Positions 12,550 through 25,400 of a stretch of 64,000 nt of DNA are shown in pieces; the stretch's first letter is position 1, and every line of letters begins with the position of its first letter. The stretch comes from Epiperipatus broadwayi. Taxonomy: Eukaryota > Animalia > Onychophora. A program made the translations under genes and the position numbers. The stretch is from NCBI GenBank assembly GCA_028023455.1, contig JAQFVV010000011.1, forward strand, positions 3,472,001 through 3,536,000, read 5' to 3'. Under the pieces are notes generated by a model, which saw nothing but the letters and a program-made list of their open reading frames with translations, was not told the origin of the DNA and did not search any database.

Positions 12550-13008
12550 GTAATATATAGGGTATATGAGCACAGACCTTCACATGACCCACCACTCTCC
12601 ACTCTATCTCATAACATTGATACACTTGAACACATGTATGTTGAAAAGATAAATAATCACTTAGGTCAACATGGGTGTGACAAGAATCTCGGCCTTAGGG
12701 TGGCCTTCGAGCATTCCATCATCAGATGTTCAATTGGATGCACGATTGAAGAGTTGGAGTGTGGAGTAGATTGAAGCCTGTCCATTAAAATATGAGGTTT
12801 GGCTATCTTAATATATATCTGAGCACTTATTGCATATATGGGTAGAGATGATAATCTGGACTAACTGATGATTGCTGGTTTAGCATGAAATACGAATATT
12901 GGTGATTATTTATCTTTTCAACGTATATGTGTTCAAGTGTATCAGTGTTATGAGATAGTGTGGAGAGTGGTGGATCATGTGAAAGTCTGTGCTCATATAC
13001 CCTATATA
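12550..13008. mobile_element. family E hammerhead repeat, foldback
   Basis: Inverted arms ~12555-12660 / 12902-13007; + strand hammerhead ACTAA-CTGATGA(12865)-TTGCT-GGTTT-AGCAT-GAAA-TACGAA-TA-TTGGT. Confidence 0.85.
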
Positions 13009-13249
13009 ATAATAAATGTTTTAAAACTTAATGGTATTGTAAGATGTGATATGTTGGACTATTTCCATCATTTATGAGTGAATGTTGAATGTATAGAAAA
13101 TTTTAAACTTTATATAAACTTTCCAAATACAAACAACGTGTTAGTAATAACACACAGATAGACAATACAGGTTAGTAATTACACAACGTTTCGAGTAGTA
13201 TTCAGACAAATGTTAATGGTATTGTCTTCAAAAGTTTGAAAATAAAAAT

Positions 13250-16200
13250 TCTTTGTCTTCTCTTTCCCCGTTATTAATCATCATTACTTTCTGATTTTTT
13301 TTTACGAAATTTAATCCCCATCTCTTTTACCCACGTTTGTGCATGTCCTCAGCATAACTTCCATACCTTTCCTTCTTTCTGCACACAAAAAAACATCATA
13401 GGCAAATAAAAGACCCAACAATGTATATACTCCCTTGCCACCTATTAATGGTATCTCTACCTCTCTTCCTAGTCTTTCTACTGCTCTCTACATTTCTCTC
13501 AAATGCAACAAAAACAAATAGGTGACAGAGGACATCCTTGCCTTAATCCCACCCCATTTTTAACTTTAACTGATTCTATACTCTCTAATTGATACATATA
13601 GTAATTATTTCCATATAATTTCCACTAAAGCTCTATCCATTCCCAAATTTACTAAACTTACCCATAATCTATTTTTATTTACTCTATCATACTCCTTCTC
13701 TGTATCTATAAAAACCATATATAACTCTATCTGTATTTCTACTCATATCCATAAGTTGTGTAACTACAAATAAACTATCTCCTATACATCTATCTGATTG
13801 AAAACCTCCTTGCATTTCTCTCACTATATTATTCTCTTCCATCCATTTTGCAACCCTTCCAGCCACCATATATGAGAAAACTTTATATAGCACTGATGTC
13901 ACCACTATCGGTCTATAATTGTTTAACTTTCTATTATCCTTATCCTTCCCTTTAAATAATAGCCTTACTCTTGTATTACTCCAACTACCTCGAAAATCTC
14001 ACTTCTGTGCCATCTTATTAAAACATGATAATAGTTTTAATTTTGCCTTCTGCCCTAAATTCATGACCATCTCTGCTGCCCATCCATCCAAACTTCTTGC
14101 CTTTCCACCTTTCAATTTTTTACTTGCCTCATTCAGTTCATTTTCTGTAAATCATATATTCCCATTACTATATGCTCTCATGTTTGCTATCACTATGTCC
14201 TTCACATCTAACTTTTTTTCTATATCCATTACATATTTGTTTAAGAGTATCTCTAATTCTTCTCTAGAGCTCCACTCTATTTCCTCATCATCTAGTAATA
14301 CTAATTCTCTCTCCGCTATATTCCTTCTTTTAATATAGTTCCAAATTTTTTTACTCTCATCTCTTCCACTTTTATTAATATCTTCCAACAGTTTACTATT
14401 CAATTTCATTTTCTTTCTATATAATTATATATTTTAGCCAACTTCTTTTTTCCTAAGTACTTTCCCCATTTAGTAGTAACATATTTTTCACTTTCTTTGC
14501 TTTCAATAGTACACTTATATTCTCTTCATGGTTTTTTCCTCTCTTTTACACTTTTCCTAACTCTCACTTTCCCATTACTTTTATTCTTCTGAATATTCTC
14601 ACCAAAAACCCTATTTGCCAATTTTTCTATTTCACCACACTAGTCCTTACATTCACCCCCAAATAACTCTTCCATGGTTTCTTCAACTTTTATTTTATAG
14701 ACTTCTAATGTATTCTCATCATTCACTCTCTATCCACATCTTTCACTATCCTTTCTACTTTTATTTCTATTTTTCATCACATTATTAACCATTTCTATTA
14801 TAAAGAAGTTATGATCACTATTACATACTCTCTCTTCATTATCAAACACCTTAATTTTCCATACTTTATTCATTCCCTCTTTCTCTACTAATACATAATC
14901 TATTGTGTAGAATATATTATTTCTAGACCATGTGTATTGTCCCTCATAAATATACGATAAATTTCCAATGGTCAAATTCACTCTCTGACAAAAATTCTTC
15001 AAAAGCTGTCCATTCTTATTACCTACATCATCAATTTCTTCAATATACCCATTCATATCTCCTATAATCATTATTCTCTCCCCCTTTTCTTTGAACTTCT
15101 GTATATACTTAACTATGAATTCATATTTGCTACTGTTCTATTCCATTATAGTGTGACTATCTCCAGTGTTTTTATACACCAGTGGTCTTCAACCCTTGGT
15201 CCATGGACCAGTGCTGGGCTGCAGAAGTTTTCTGCCAGTCCATGCTAGACTGGCAGGAAAGTTTGTGACAACAAAATAATAAGATTTTAAACTTTTAATT
15301 AATATAAACAATTTTTATTTATTTTTTCATCTCATTTTTACCAATTAAAAAAAACGAAATAGAACGAAAACAAAATCTAATCAATTGTACATAAATTAAT
15401 TTGTTTTTCTAGTTATCACAGATGTTTATGGAGTGGGGGTTAAAATTAAATTTTTTATTACTTTTCTAAAAAAATTCAAAATTAAAAGAAAAAAGTTTTT
15501 TATTATACAATCTCCATATATATATAAAACTTCATCTTGTATATTTAACATTAAATACAGATATTACATTTATCATAATCATTGTCATGTAATTACACTA
15601 GCTGTGATATTTCCCAACATTCATGTGAATAACATTTTATTCTTGCATGTTTATATATGAACATAGAAATGCAGGCACATTAATGAGAATGATTGTTATT
15701 GTACTGTTTTCTGTAGCAGTATGACTGCACAACTCACGAAAGAGTGTTCAGCATATGAAGGTAAGCAACACCATTACAATACGCAGTAACTAGTGTGTTG
15801 TTTTGGTCAGTTATAACAATTATGCTCATCTAAGGCTAAGCAGTTTACAAATTTATCTGTAGACTTCTGCTGGTCTGCAAAATCTTATCCTTATTTTTGT
15901 GAGTCCGCAAGTGTAAAAAGGTTGAAGACCACTGACACACACAATTTTCAAACCCTCAATTCCCCAAACCCTTTTTTCCTTTCCCCTTTTTTAATCCTCC
16001 CTTATATTTTCTGAATACCACCATCCAGTCTTGTCTTCCTAACCTTATCTCAAACCACAAATGTTCTTGACATTTAGCAGTATTTAAATATTTTTTTGAC
16101 ATAAGTTCTATACCGCCACCCCTTTTTTCTTTTTTGTTCTATTTCTACCCTGTCATACCAAGTCTTCCAGAATATGTTCTTCTTCTCTTAGATGTGTTTC

Positions 16201-16310
16201 CACTACTGCTAATACCTCAAGCTCTTCATTTTTAATTGCTTTGTTTAACTCCAGCCACCTTTCTGGTCTCCTACCACCTTGCATTTTCAAATGCCCAATT
16301 TTAATAATTT
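13250..16310 (-). pseudogene. LINE ORF2 remnant (APE endonuclease + reverse transcriptase), interrupted by a MITE
   Basis: Track ORFs 14730..15071, 14152..14409 and 13687..13905 plus the motifs listed for the parent element. Confidence 0.9.
15180..15934. mobile_element. hAT MITE, family C copy 1, nested in the LINE endonuclease domain
   Basis: 15-bp TIR CAGTGGTCTTCAACC at both ends; imperfect 8-bp flanks TTATACAC/ACACACAC; homologous to 38695-40289. Confidence 0.9.
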
Positions 16311-16504
16311 CTTCTTTCCTAACTACTCTTTTATAAATTCTTTTGACTCTTCTCCATTACATTTATAAATAACTTGTTTACCATTAATTTTACAGATGCA
16401 TTCCTTCTCCACAACTACATTTATATCTAAATCCGCTACCCTTTGATTACTTACATTCTGTCCATTTTTTTTTGATAGCACTGCCACTTAAAACCCCACC
16501 CCCT

Positions 16505-17499
16505 TTATAAGTTTCCTGAACTATATTCTTTATAAATCAAACTCATTAAAACTTCAATTCCATGTTTTTCTAAGTGCAATCCATCATTATTATATAATTC
16601 CCTTTTTCCAATAAAAAAATCCCACACATTCACAAACATGACATCATTTCTCTCACACAATTTTTTCAATCTGTCATTTATAGAATATGCCCTATATAAC
16701 ATAAACCTCTTGTCAAATCTTGGTAATAATCCAACTATTCCTACTCTTCCTTTAATCTTACTCAAATTTCTAATCAATTCTATGTACTCATCCATTACTC
16801 TCTCTGATGATTCTGAAAAATTATTAGTCCCTACTCCCTTGCTTCTTTACTTTATATGTAATATCTTTAATTCTAGCTCCATGCAAACATACTCTTACAT
16901 ACCTGTTTCTATTTTCCCTTGCAATTATGTTCCCACATTCTCTAATCAATGAATGTCCTATCAATACTATCTCATAATCTACTTTCTCTGCTTCATCCAT
17001 AACATTCTCTACCACCATCTGGATTTCTTTATCTATTTCTTCCTTATCTTTACTACTCAATAATTCTTTCATCTGCTCACACTTCATCTCTAACAATTTT
17101 AATTTTGCTTCTACATCTGTTACCTCTTCCTCTATCTTACTTATTCTTTTGCCTAACCATCTCCATTTCACTACTAATTTTTCCACCAATATCTCTTGTC
17201 ACTCCACTACAACCATACTCTATCCTATCTCCCTCAATTACATTTTGGTCCTTTTCTCCTGACTTTCTCCTTAAATTATCTACACTTAGAAACCACTTTT
17301 TCATCTCTTTTATCACATTCACACACTGTCTGCATAAACATAAACCTGTTACATCCTTCCTAGTCTCATTTAAACATTTCAAGTGAAAAACATCATCATA
17401 TACAGTACACTCTACCACAGCATGCCTAATTTCTTTCTGACCATTATATATGCATTGTGGAATACAAATGCAATCCATATTCCTTATTTTCCAAGTCAC
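16505..17499 (-). pseudogene. LINE ORF1 remnant: PHD-like finger, coiled coil and SGNH esterase
   Basis: Frameshifted track ORFs 17137..17499, 16824..17189 and 16505..16795. Confidence 0.85.
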
Positions 17500-18059
17500 C
17501 TACTTTATATTTGACTTTATACTTCCTATCCTTCTCTTCAAACCCCTTTTCATAGAAGGATAAAAACTTCACTTTCTTTCAATAACGATCGATCGATAAC
17601 CATGAGTTTTCTGACTGTAGGCCTCCAAAACGTTAACTTTTTCCTCAAATAAATCACTTCCTTTAAAAATTAATAATAAAAAAAATTTTTACTAGCAAAC
17701 TTACTAAAAAAAATCAACTAATCTTACATACAACTTAATTATAAAATATCCTTACATTAACACACATTCAATAAAATATATTTTTTTAACTTTTATATTT
17801 AAAATGGTGAACAAACACTTTCTAAATACTAACAATTCCCAATCTTTCCAAATTCAATTATATCTATTTCTCATAATCACAATTTTCTCTCACTTTCATA
17901 TAACAAATAAACAATCTTTGTGTCAATAATCTCAGATGATTAATTGCATAGAAAAATAACAATTTTAACTTATCTTTTAGCACAGAGTAAAAACGTCAGC
18001 ACAGCAATTCTAAGCTTCCTTTCATCATCCACTCCATCTATACAACTGACATACATAAT

Positions 18060-18500
18060 CAAACACCTGTGAAAAAAAGATAAATGATTTCCAATATACA
18101 TATTTCATGCTGAACCAACACTCATCAGTTGGTTCTGTTCACCATCTCTCACATATATATATAATTAGTGCTCGGTTGATATTAAGATAGCAAATCTTCA
18201 AACTTTAAGGGACAGTCTTCAATCTTCTCCATTCTCCAACTCTTCAGTTATCCATATCATTGAAAATCTAATGATGGCATGTTCAAAGCATTTATTTGCC
18301 AATTTTATTGACTTACAGTCAACATGGGTATGACAACAAAATTGGCAAACAAAGGCTTTATCTTGTTTGTTTGCTGGTTCAGCATGATATATATATATAT
18401 GTTGGAGTTTATTTATCTTTTTCACATGTATGTGGTCATGTGTGTCAATTATATAAGATGAAGTGGATGACTAAAGGGAACTTGAAAGTCTGGGTTCAAT
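18060..18500. mobile_element. family E foldback with minus-strand hammerhead at 18091-18132
   Basis: Minus strand CCAA-CTGATGA-GTGTT-GGTTC-AGCAT-GAAA-TATGTA-TA-TTGG; core intact; + arm carries the family E 3' tail. Confidence 0.8.
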
Positions 18501-18599
18501 TTTCCTCTAATTATATCTAGCTTAAAAGTATATATAATATACATATTCAGCCTATATTCTACCCATATCTCTTCTCTGTATTTAAATGGGATTAAGGTC

Positions 18600-18912
18600 C
18601 TGCATATGAAAGGCCAGAATGACTTGCAGTCAACACACCATCATCAGATTTTCAGTGATATGGATGGTTGAAGAGTTGGAGAGCAGAGAAGATTGAAGAT
18701 CATCCATTAAAGTTTGAAGATTGACTATCGTAATATAAGCTGAGCACCGATTATATATGTGTGTAAAAGATGATGATCTGGACCAACTGATGATGCTGGT
18801 TCAGCACAAAATACATCATTTATCTTTTTCACATGTATGTGATCATGTGTGTCAGTTGTATAAGATGGAGTGGATGACTAAAGGGAATTTGAAAGTCTGG
18901 GTTCAAATCCCC
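18600..18912 (+). mobile_element. family E copy with defective hammerhead
   Basis: GACCAA-CTGATGA-TGCT-GGTTC-AGCAC-AAAA-TACAT, then a deletion; the 3' tail matches other E copies. Confidence 0.8.
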
Positions 18913-21900
18913 AAAATTACATCTAGCTTAAATATATATATATATACTTAGAAATAATAAGTGAAATAATGCCTAAAGCCAATCTGGGATAATGATATAA
19001 TTATATATATATACTTATATTTAAATATTAAATATTAGTAGTAGGAATGATAATGAAACTCACAATATAAAGTTTTAAATTGTCAAATAATTCGAGTTAA
19101 TTTAAAATATACTATAAAAAATAAATCTGCAATCTTTCATGTAAACACTAGATATGAATGTGATCTTTTAAACTTAAAAATAGTAAATAAAAAGAAGTTA
19201 TTTGGCAAAAAGTACAAAAAAAAAATGTTATAAAAATTGAATATACAGTATATGTACTGCTACAGCATTATGTCAGAGTTACATTATTATTTACAGAAAA
19301 CATATATATGTGTGTGTATTTTTAAGTAAAATTTTAATTTGTGAAAATTACAAGTGGTAAAACAATAAGGCCAATTATTCAAGGCTTTAATCGGTTTGTA
19401 AATGTATATGATGACAATCAGTCCTTAAGCTATCAGCAATCTTAGCCTATATTCAAGGCAACCTTCTTAAAGAAGTTACCACTTTTATATTTGGTCTGAT
19501 ATATTTATATAGACACATAAGATTTACGTTTGTTTAAAAAACTTCTTTGCATTATTAATCTAATATTCATTGGTCAAGTTGCAATCTTTAGTGTCTATAT
19601 AAATATTTCAGACCATAGATAAAGGTGATACTACTTTTATTGTTGATGAAGGTTGTCATGACTACAGGATGAGATTGTTGATAGCTTAAGAATTGATTGT
19701 TATCAATTACATGTGGTGTTTTTATTATTACTTTAAAATAATATATAAAAATAAGAATTAAATGGTTTGTTACTTAAGAGGTTATATGATGATTATGCAA
19801 AGGAAGTGAGTCAAGCAGCATTGCATGGATCTTTAATTCTTAAATCCATCCCTCTACCAATACACAAAATTACCAGTTTTTTTCTTGAAGAGAAAACTAG
19901 TCTTTGTTATATTGTCTATCTTAATGGGAAAGTTCCATTTATAGCTGCATTCTGTCCCAAGTTTGATTATATAACCTGAAGGAGCCCAATTTTAATCATT
20001 GTTTCATATTGCTTAAAGATCGCTAATGATTGTGTCTGGATGCCTTCATGGATTTTGATAACATTTATATATATTGCTAGAAAACAAACAAAATGAAAGT
20101 AGTAAAATAAATAATTGGCAGAAAAAATGCTGAGAAAAATTAGCAAGTAATAGTTAGACCGACCCAGAAGCAGAGTGTGGTGCTCACAGGTAGTCTGCAA
20201 AGAAAGACATTTATTTAAAACATGGTCTATCATTTAATATTCTCTGTGGTACATTTGACATGTTGAATCTATTTGTATAAGTTAGAATTAAAGTAAGGTT
20301 GGTGGTGCATTAAAATTTATCTTGATATCAAAATATTTGTTCTCACATCTTGAGTTTGAACTGCCTATATTAGTCTCTGCTTCTAATCTGTAACTGCTTC
20401 TTGAGAGTTTCCAATAGATGCAAGTAAAAATTTAAACACTTTTCAGTATCGATATTTTCCACTGGAAGACAAATAGAGAAACTTTGTAGCATTTTAATTT
20501 TGGTGAGAATAGGGAATAGAAAAATAGATATGGACTTATCTGATTATGGCAACTAAAATTACAGTCGAGCATTGGGCCACAGTCTCAATAATTGAAGAAA
20601 TTAAATTAATTGCTTACTGAGTAAAAAAAAACTTTGAAAGAGACAGAAGTCATAGAACAAAAAATGTTAGCTGTTTTTGCAAAGAATGCACTGAAGGTAC
20701 AAGTCTTCCCAAAATGCATTTGTCTAAATCAGCACTTTCTAATTTGCTCAGATCACAATACATATCTTCATCATACAACTTACAAATTTCAAGAATTTGA
20801 TCTATGAGTGGTGAAATAAAAGTTTTACATTTATCTAAAATACTACATACAAAAAATATATATATATTTTTTTTATCAAAAACGTTTACTACAAATGTGT
20901 ACAGTGATTAATTAAAAAGACAATTAAGAAAAATTTGTAAATGTAATTTTGAAAATATTTGAGTAAGTCTAATTCTGCTCTGAGCTGTATTAATGTTCAT
21001 CTGTCCAGCCTATGAGTGTTTCCAGGTTCTGATAGAGAATTTTCAAGACATTTAATTAATAAGTTTAATATTTGTTTTGCTGAGTCAATAACTTTAACTA
21101 TTGTGTTTCTTGATCCTAGATCTTGTTCTTGAGTAATGCTTAATTCACATAGTCTGAGGTTTTTGAGGTCTGTGATGATGGCTTTGGACCACATTTTGCT
21201 GTAAATCAAGAATACTGGTCAACTGGGATATGGATGCTTATTCCATTTAAGTTAATGCTTTGAAATTGAACAGGTCCCGTGTTGATTCAACTATTGGGGA
21301 GTGATACACTGGTCTCTTTCTCTTACTTTACTGAGTTTTTTTAGGAAAATCTGGGTATGAGTAATTTTGTTCTCGTTAAATATTAATTCACATCTAGTTA
21401 GCCAGATCCCATACATCAGAAAGGTAACACTACATACTATTGTGTATTCCCCTTCTGAAATGAATTAATAATAGCATGTGATTGTACTTAATGAGAATAG
21501 ATAAATTATTACTATTTTTTTTACATTTGACTTTAAAATGATATAGTAAACATTGGCCTTATAAATGATTAATAATAATCATTAATGTATTTATCTAAAA
21601 TGGATAGTGTTAGTTGTGTGAGTGAGTAGATTAAATCAGAATAATTTGATATTAATAAATCCTGAATAAACATGATGAAGACATGTGAGAGGTCGTGATT
21701 AGGACCAACCGAAGAGTGCACATTTAACCAGAAATGCATGTTGGGGTCACTTATCTTTTTCAGATGTTTTTATTCATATATATGGAATACATGGATAACA
21801 GAAGTTTAAAACATTTATAAGAATCATCAGTGAATTATTAAATAGAAAGAAGCATCTAAATACTTAAAAAAATTTATACTAAATTTTGATCTACAAAATT

Positions 21901-21943
21901 TGATAATTTTCATAAATATTTATCAACTAATGTTTGCACTCAG

Positions 21944-22348
21944 AACGGAAGAAGAATATTTGTACAAAATTGTTTTAAGTGAAATCGAAATCTCTCAAAA
22001 ACTTCAAAAATAGCTTACAATATCAGCTTTGTAATCGAATCCCCACTAGAGATTATTTTTATTATGCATTTCGAAGAATGAATGCATCAGGGAAGTGAGA
22101 TTTTAAAAAAAAACTAATTTAAAGATTAAAGACAGCTTCTTAGCTTTGTTTAAGAACAAATAGTAAATACAATTTATATATTCTAAGTTTAGGAAAAAAA
22201 ACAGTGTTTGTTACAATAGCATTAAACATATAAATGTTGATTTACCAAGTAATATCAAAAAAAATGTTTTTATATTGGTACTCGGCTGATTTTATCGGAG
22301 CTTATGATTCAAAACTAAATTTGGAAAAATTCCGAGAAGGAAAGCTGG
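21944..22348 (+). pseudogene. two candidate exons (21944-22094, 22250-22348) with apparent 1-nt slips in A runs
   Basis: cag|TEEEYLYKIVLSEIEISQKL/KNSLQYQLCNRIPTRDYFYYAFRRMNASG|gtgag and aag|..KKMFLYWYSADFIGAYDSKLNLEKFREGKLG|gtagta; CpG retained. No protein recognised. Confidence 0.3.
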
Positions 22349-22458
22349 GTAGTATGATTATAGCAACGTAATTTAAAAAAGACATTTTTAAAGAGACTTC
22401 AATACATGTAAATTAATAATTTTTATTAGTCATTTATTAGACTAGACATTATCCCCTT

Positions 22459-22691
22459 AATGAATATGTATGTAGTATAATTTTCACTACACCACTTACA
22501 CGCAAATTAGGGACTGGTTTTTATCCACTTTTAACATCCTGTGGAGAGGTGTAATCATACACCTTTTTCACATGCTTTTGGTCATATATTTGTGATTATA
22601 GCGCTCCACAAGGTATTAAAAGCAGATAAAAATTAGTCCCTATTTTGTGTAAGAATGGTGTAGTGAAATTACATTATAGAAATATTATTCA
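22459..22691. repeat. foldback of the 3' tail of the E' hammerhead subfamily
   Basis: TTTTCACTACACC...GGGACTGGTTTTTATCC inverted against GATAAAAATTAGTCCC...GGTGTAGTGAAATT; same tail at 42415 and 42838. Confidence 0.75.
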
Positions 22692-22720
22692 GTACATGCT
22701 TGTTAGGAATAGCAACTTAT

Positions 22721-22935
22721 TAAACCACTAAACATCACATGATCACTATTTCTTATGCTAGCACATTGCTGTTATTAAAACGATCAAAACTCTTCATATA
22801 TTAGTGCCACTCAGTGCCAACCAGAGTAATCAATGGATGCCAGAAGGCTTGTGCATAAAATCCCTATCTAGTGGCTACTCATCCAATATCCCCAGACTAG
22901 TTTCTGGCACTACTGTATAAAGTTTTGCCTGTTTT
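22721..22935. mobile_element. family A foldback with half hammerhead
   Basis: Minus arm ends at GCCAGAAACTAGTCTGGGG, then flips to a + tail; 13-bp TSD AATAG[C/A]AACTTAT at 22708-22720 and 22936-22948. Confidence 0.85.
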
Positions 22936-23244
22936 AATAGAAACTTATCATTTAATCTACAAGTCCCAAATTTCTTGCACTCACACCATTAATAACATAC
23001 ACTTTAGATAAGTCTATAAATGACTAATAAATAATTATTTATTGGACTGAAGATTATTATAGCATTTTTGCCTCGGATATAATTTTCAAACTTGATTAAA
23101 GATTAATATATCTATTCTTATTAAAGATAGCTGCATGATATCCCATCTTTGTGATTTTCCCATATGTAATATCTTAGATATACTTAATATTTCTATTCCA
23201 ACATGCACATTTCAAACACAGATATAAAAATGCCTAAATAAAAC

Positions 23245-23400
23245 AAATGATCCCCAAGAACTTCTGAATGAATCAGCCCTCTTCAGATAGTGAAAACTGT
23301 GAAAGATTATGAGCTGAGTCAATTGAAAAATGTTAATTCAACCAGAAATACATCTTGTGGGTCATTTACCTGTTCTGATGTCTTTATTCACATGTATAAA
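23245..23400. mobile_element. old E'-like foldback with two decayed hammerheads
   Basis: AAATGATCCCCAAGAACTTCTG inverted against CAGAAATACATCTTGTGGGTCATTT; CTGAAGA on the minus strand near 23280; similar decayed copy at 21702-21746. Confidence 0.55.
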
Positions 23401-23732
23401 ATGATTGTGGTGGAGCAGAAGTTTAGAGCATATCTCAAATAGTAATGTATCGCCTGAAGTTACTCGAAATAATAGCTCTGTAAACTCAAATAATGAATTT
23501 TTATGAATTTTTTTTTGCAGCACATGAATTAACTAATAAGAATACTTTATTTTGTAAAAAAAAAAAAAAATCACTGTAAACAGACTTAATTCAAGTCAAA
23601 ACATTTGAACTCAGTGGGTTATGTTAGAGTTAAAATTCAAAATATAAATAAAAGTAATATTAATTTTTTTAAATAATGCTTTTATGTAAAGTGTTGATTA
23701 AAAAATAAAAAATAACACAGTAATCTACCTAA

Positions 23733-24033
23733 GCAAAACTCTCCATACAGTAGTGCCACCCAGAGTAATCAATGGATGCCAGAAGGCTTGTGCATAAAAT
23801 TCCTATCTAATGCCTACTCATCCAATATCCCTAGACTAGTTTCTGGCTTGTGACCTTTATCAGTGAGGAGCTTTGGATCTGATAGCACCATTAGATAGGG
23901 ATTTTATGCACAAGCCTTCTGGTATCTATTGATTACTCTGGTTGGCACAGGGTGGCACTACTGTATGGAGAGTTTTGCCTTGGTTAATAACAACTATGTG
24001 CCAGTATGAGATAGTGATCATGTGATGTTTAGT
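23733..24033. mobile_element. family A foldback
   Basis: Minus-strand hammerhead with G8>A (CTGATAA); 10-bp TSD ATCTACCTAA at 23723-23732 and 24034-24043. Confidence 0.9.
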
Positions 24034-24379
24034 ATCTACCTAACAAGTAATCTGACAAAAACATGTCATTTCATAAAAGCATTTGAAACCTTTTTTATTT
24101 TTATGCCTTGAATGCTTTCATGAAATGACAAAACATGGGAAGCATAAGGACATGAGTTCAAACTCTAAACAAAAATGATATTTTTTCATTGTTAAAAGTT
24201 CAAAAATGTGGGCATGCTCAACAGAAGGCTTGATTTACTTACCTTTTAAATAGAAATATAAGAATCAAGATACAAACCTTTAATACTACATATATATATA
24301 TATATTGTGCCCTTTTGTATTATAAGTATATATCAAGAAGTAAGGGTACAATATATATATATCCTCATTGGTAATTTAG

Positions 24380-24617
24380 ATTTGAACAAAGATATTCAGC
24401 TTAATCAAGCAAAACATCTTCTAACTGTTAAAAGAAGAACGATTTTAAATCCAGATGAGGTATGTGGAGAAATTTTAAATTGTGTTGATAATACATTAGA
24501 TCCTAAATTATTGACGTTTTTTAGAATCATATAAGACTATAAAGTTGTGCCTACAATATTAAGAGTAATTGTACTCTTTCAATTTATAAATAACTATGAT
24601 AACCCTAATAAAGAGGG
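24380..24617 (+). pseudogene. candidate exon with in-frame TAA
   Basis: tttag|DLNKDIQLNQAKHLLTVKRRTILNPDEVCGEILNCVDNTLDPKLLTFFRII*DYKVVPTILRVIVLFQFINNYDNPNKEG|gtaata. A phase-compatible candidate follows at 24672 (GW*DGLYIEVLRMLRYINVPLNKFEI*). Confidence 0.3.
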
Positions 24618-24974
24618 GTAATAAAATACAAGCAATGCTAATACTGTATATTTAGAGAAAAAGCTATTTAGATGGTAAGATGGCTTGTATATTGAAGTGT
24701 TACGCATGCTCCGATATATTAATGTTCCATTAAACAAGTTTGAAATATAGCACATAGATGTAACTTGCAACTAATTTTGTTGTATACAGGATTGTTATTT
24801 TGTCTAACTTATTAAACCATTAAAATACAGTTTAATATCAATCCTAGCCAGAGGATGTTGGTGATTATGGTTACTAAAATACAAAAGACATCAAAATTTA
24901 TAGATACTGAATTGGGTTCAGGTCTATATAACTATACAAGCAAATTAGCTTGGAATGTAAACATAGTTGTGTTT

Positions 24975-25400
24975 TTAGTTTGAATTCATACATTTATAGT
25001 TAACTAAAAAGGTAAAAGGTGGTTGCAAGAATTGTGCATTAGATCCTAAAATCTAGGTGTATTGTTTTCAGATACAAGACTTCTCACTAAAAAAAGCCAT
25101 AAGCTAGAAGCTATTCTGAGGATATTGAATGACTGGGTGTTTCCAGTTTGGATTCACAGCTTTAAAGTTAACCAAAAAGGTAAAAGGTGAGTGCTGAAGG
25201 TGTGCATTAGAACCTAAGATCTAGGTATATTCCTCTCAGATCCAAGGCTGCTCATTGAAGAAAGTTATAAGTTAAAAATTTGGGGGTATTGAATGAGTAA
25301 GCACTAAATATGGATGTTGATGCAAACCTTTTAGCATCCATTGATTATTATGGCTTGCACTAGGTAGCGCTATTGCACAGAGAAAGTTTGTTACTGGCCT
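24975..25400 (+). mobile_element. family A tandem dimer, 168-nt period, hammerheads decayed
   Basis: GGTAAAAGGTG at 25011 and 25179; core remnants at 25087 and 25255. Confidence 0.8.

Larger units (their letters stand above)
13230..18050 (-). mobile_element. decayed non-LTR retrotransposon (CR1/L2/Crack-like or RTEX; clade not resolved), 3'-truncated
   Basis: ORF1: Cys/His finger (VVECTVYDDVFHLKC...CRQC), coiled coil, SGNH motifs IGHSLIR and DGLHL. ORF2: APE motifs LAVVETHL, IIGDMNG, IDYVLV, SDHN; RT motifs YRPI..TSVLYKVF, GLRQGCPLSP, LLFAYDV. Many stops and frameshifts. Confidence 0.92.

Noticed and set aside
13175-13215. CTGAATA...CGAAACGTT on the minus strand, and a similar CTGATGA-CTCTT-GAAA-CA-TT at ~26795-26830
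   Set aside because: Only 5-6 nt between core halves (no stem II) and no convincing stem I; not counted as hammerheads.
13919-14338. 139-aa + strand ORF, and other hydrophobic ORFs at 16638, 17105, 59683, 60718 and 60891
   Set aside because: Antisense shadows of LINE coding sequence.
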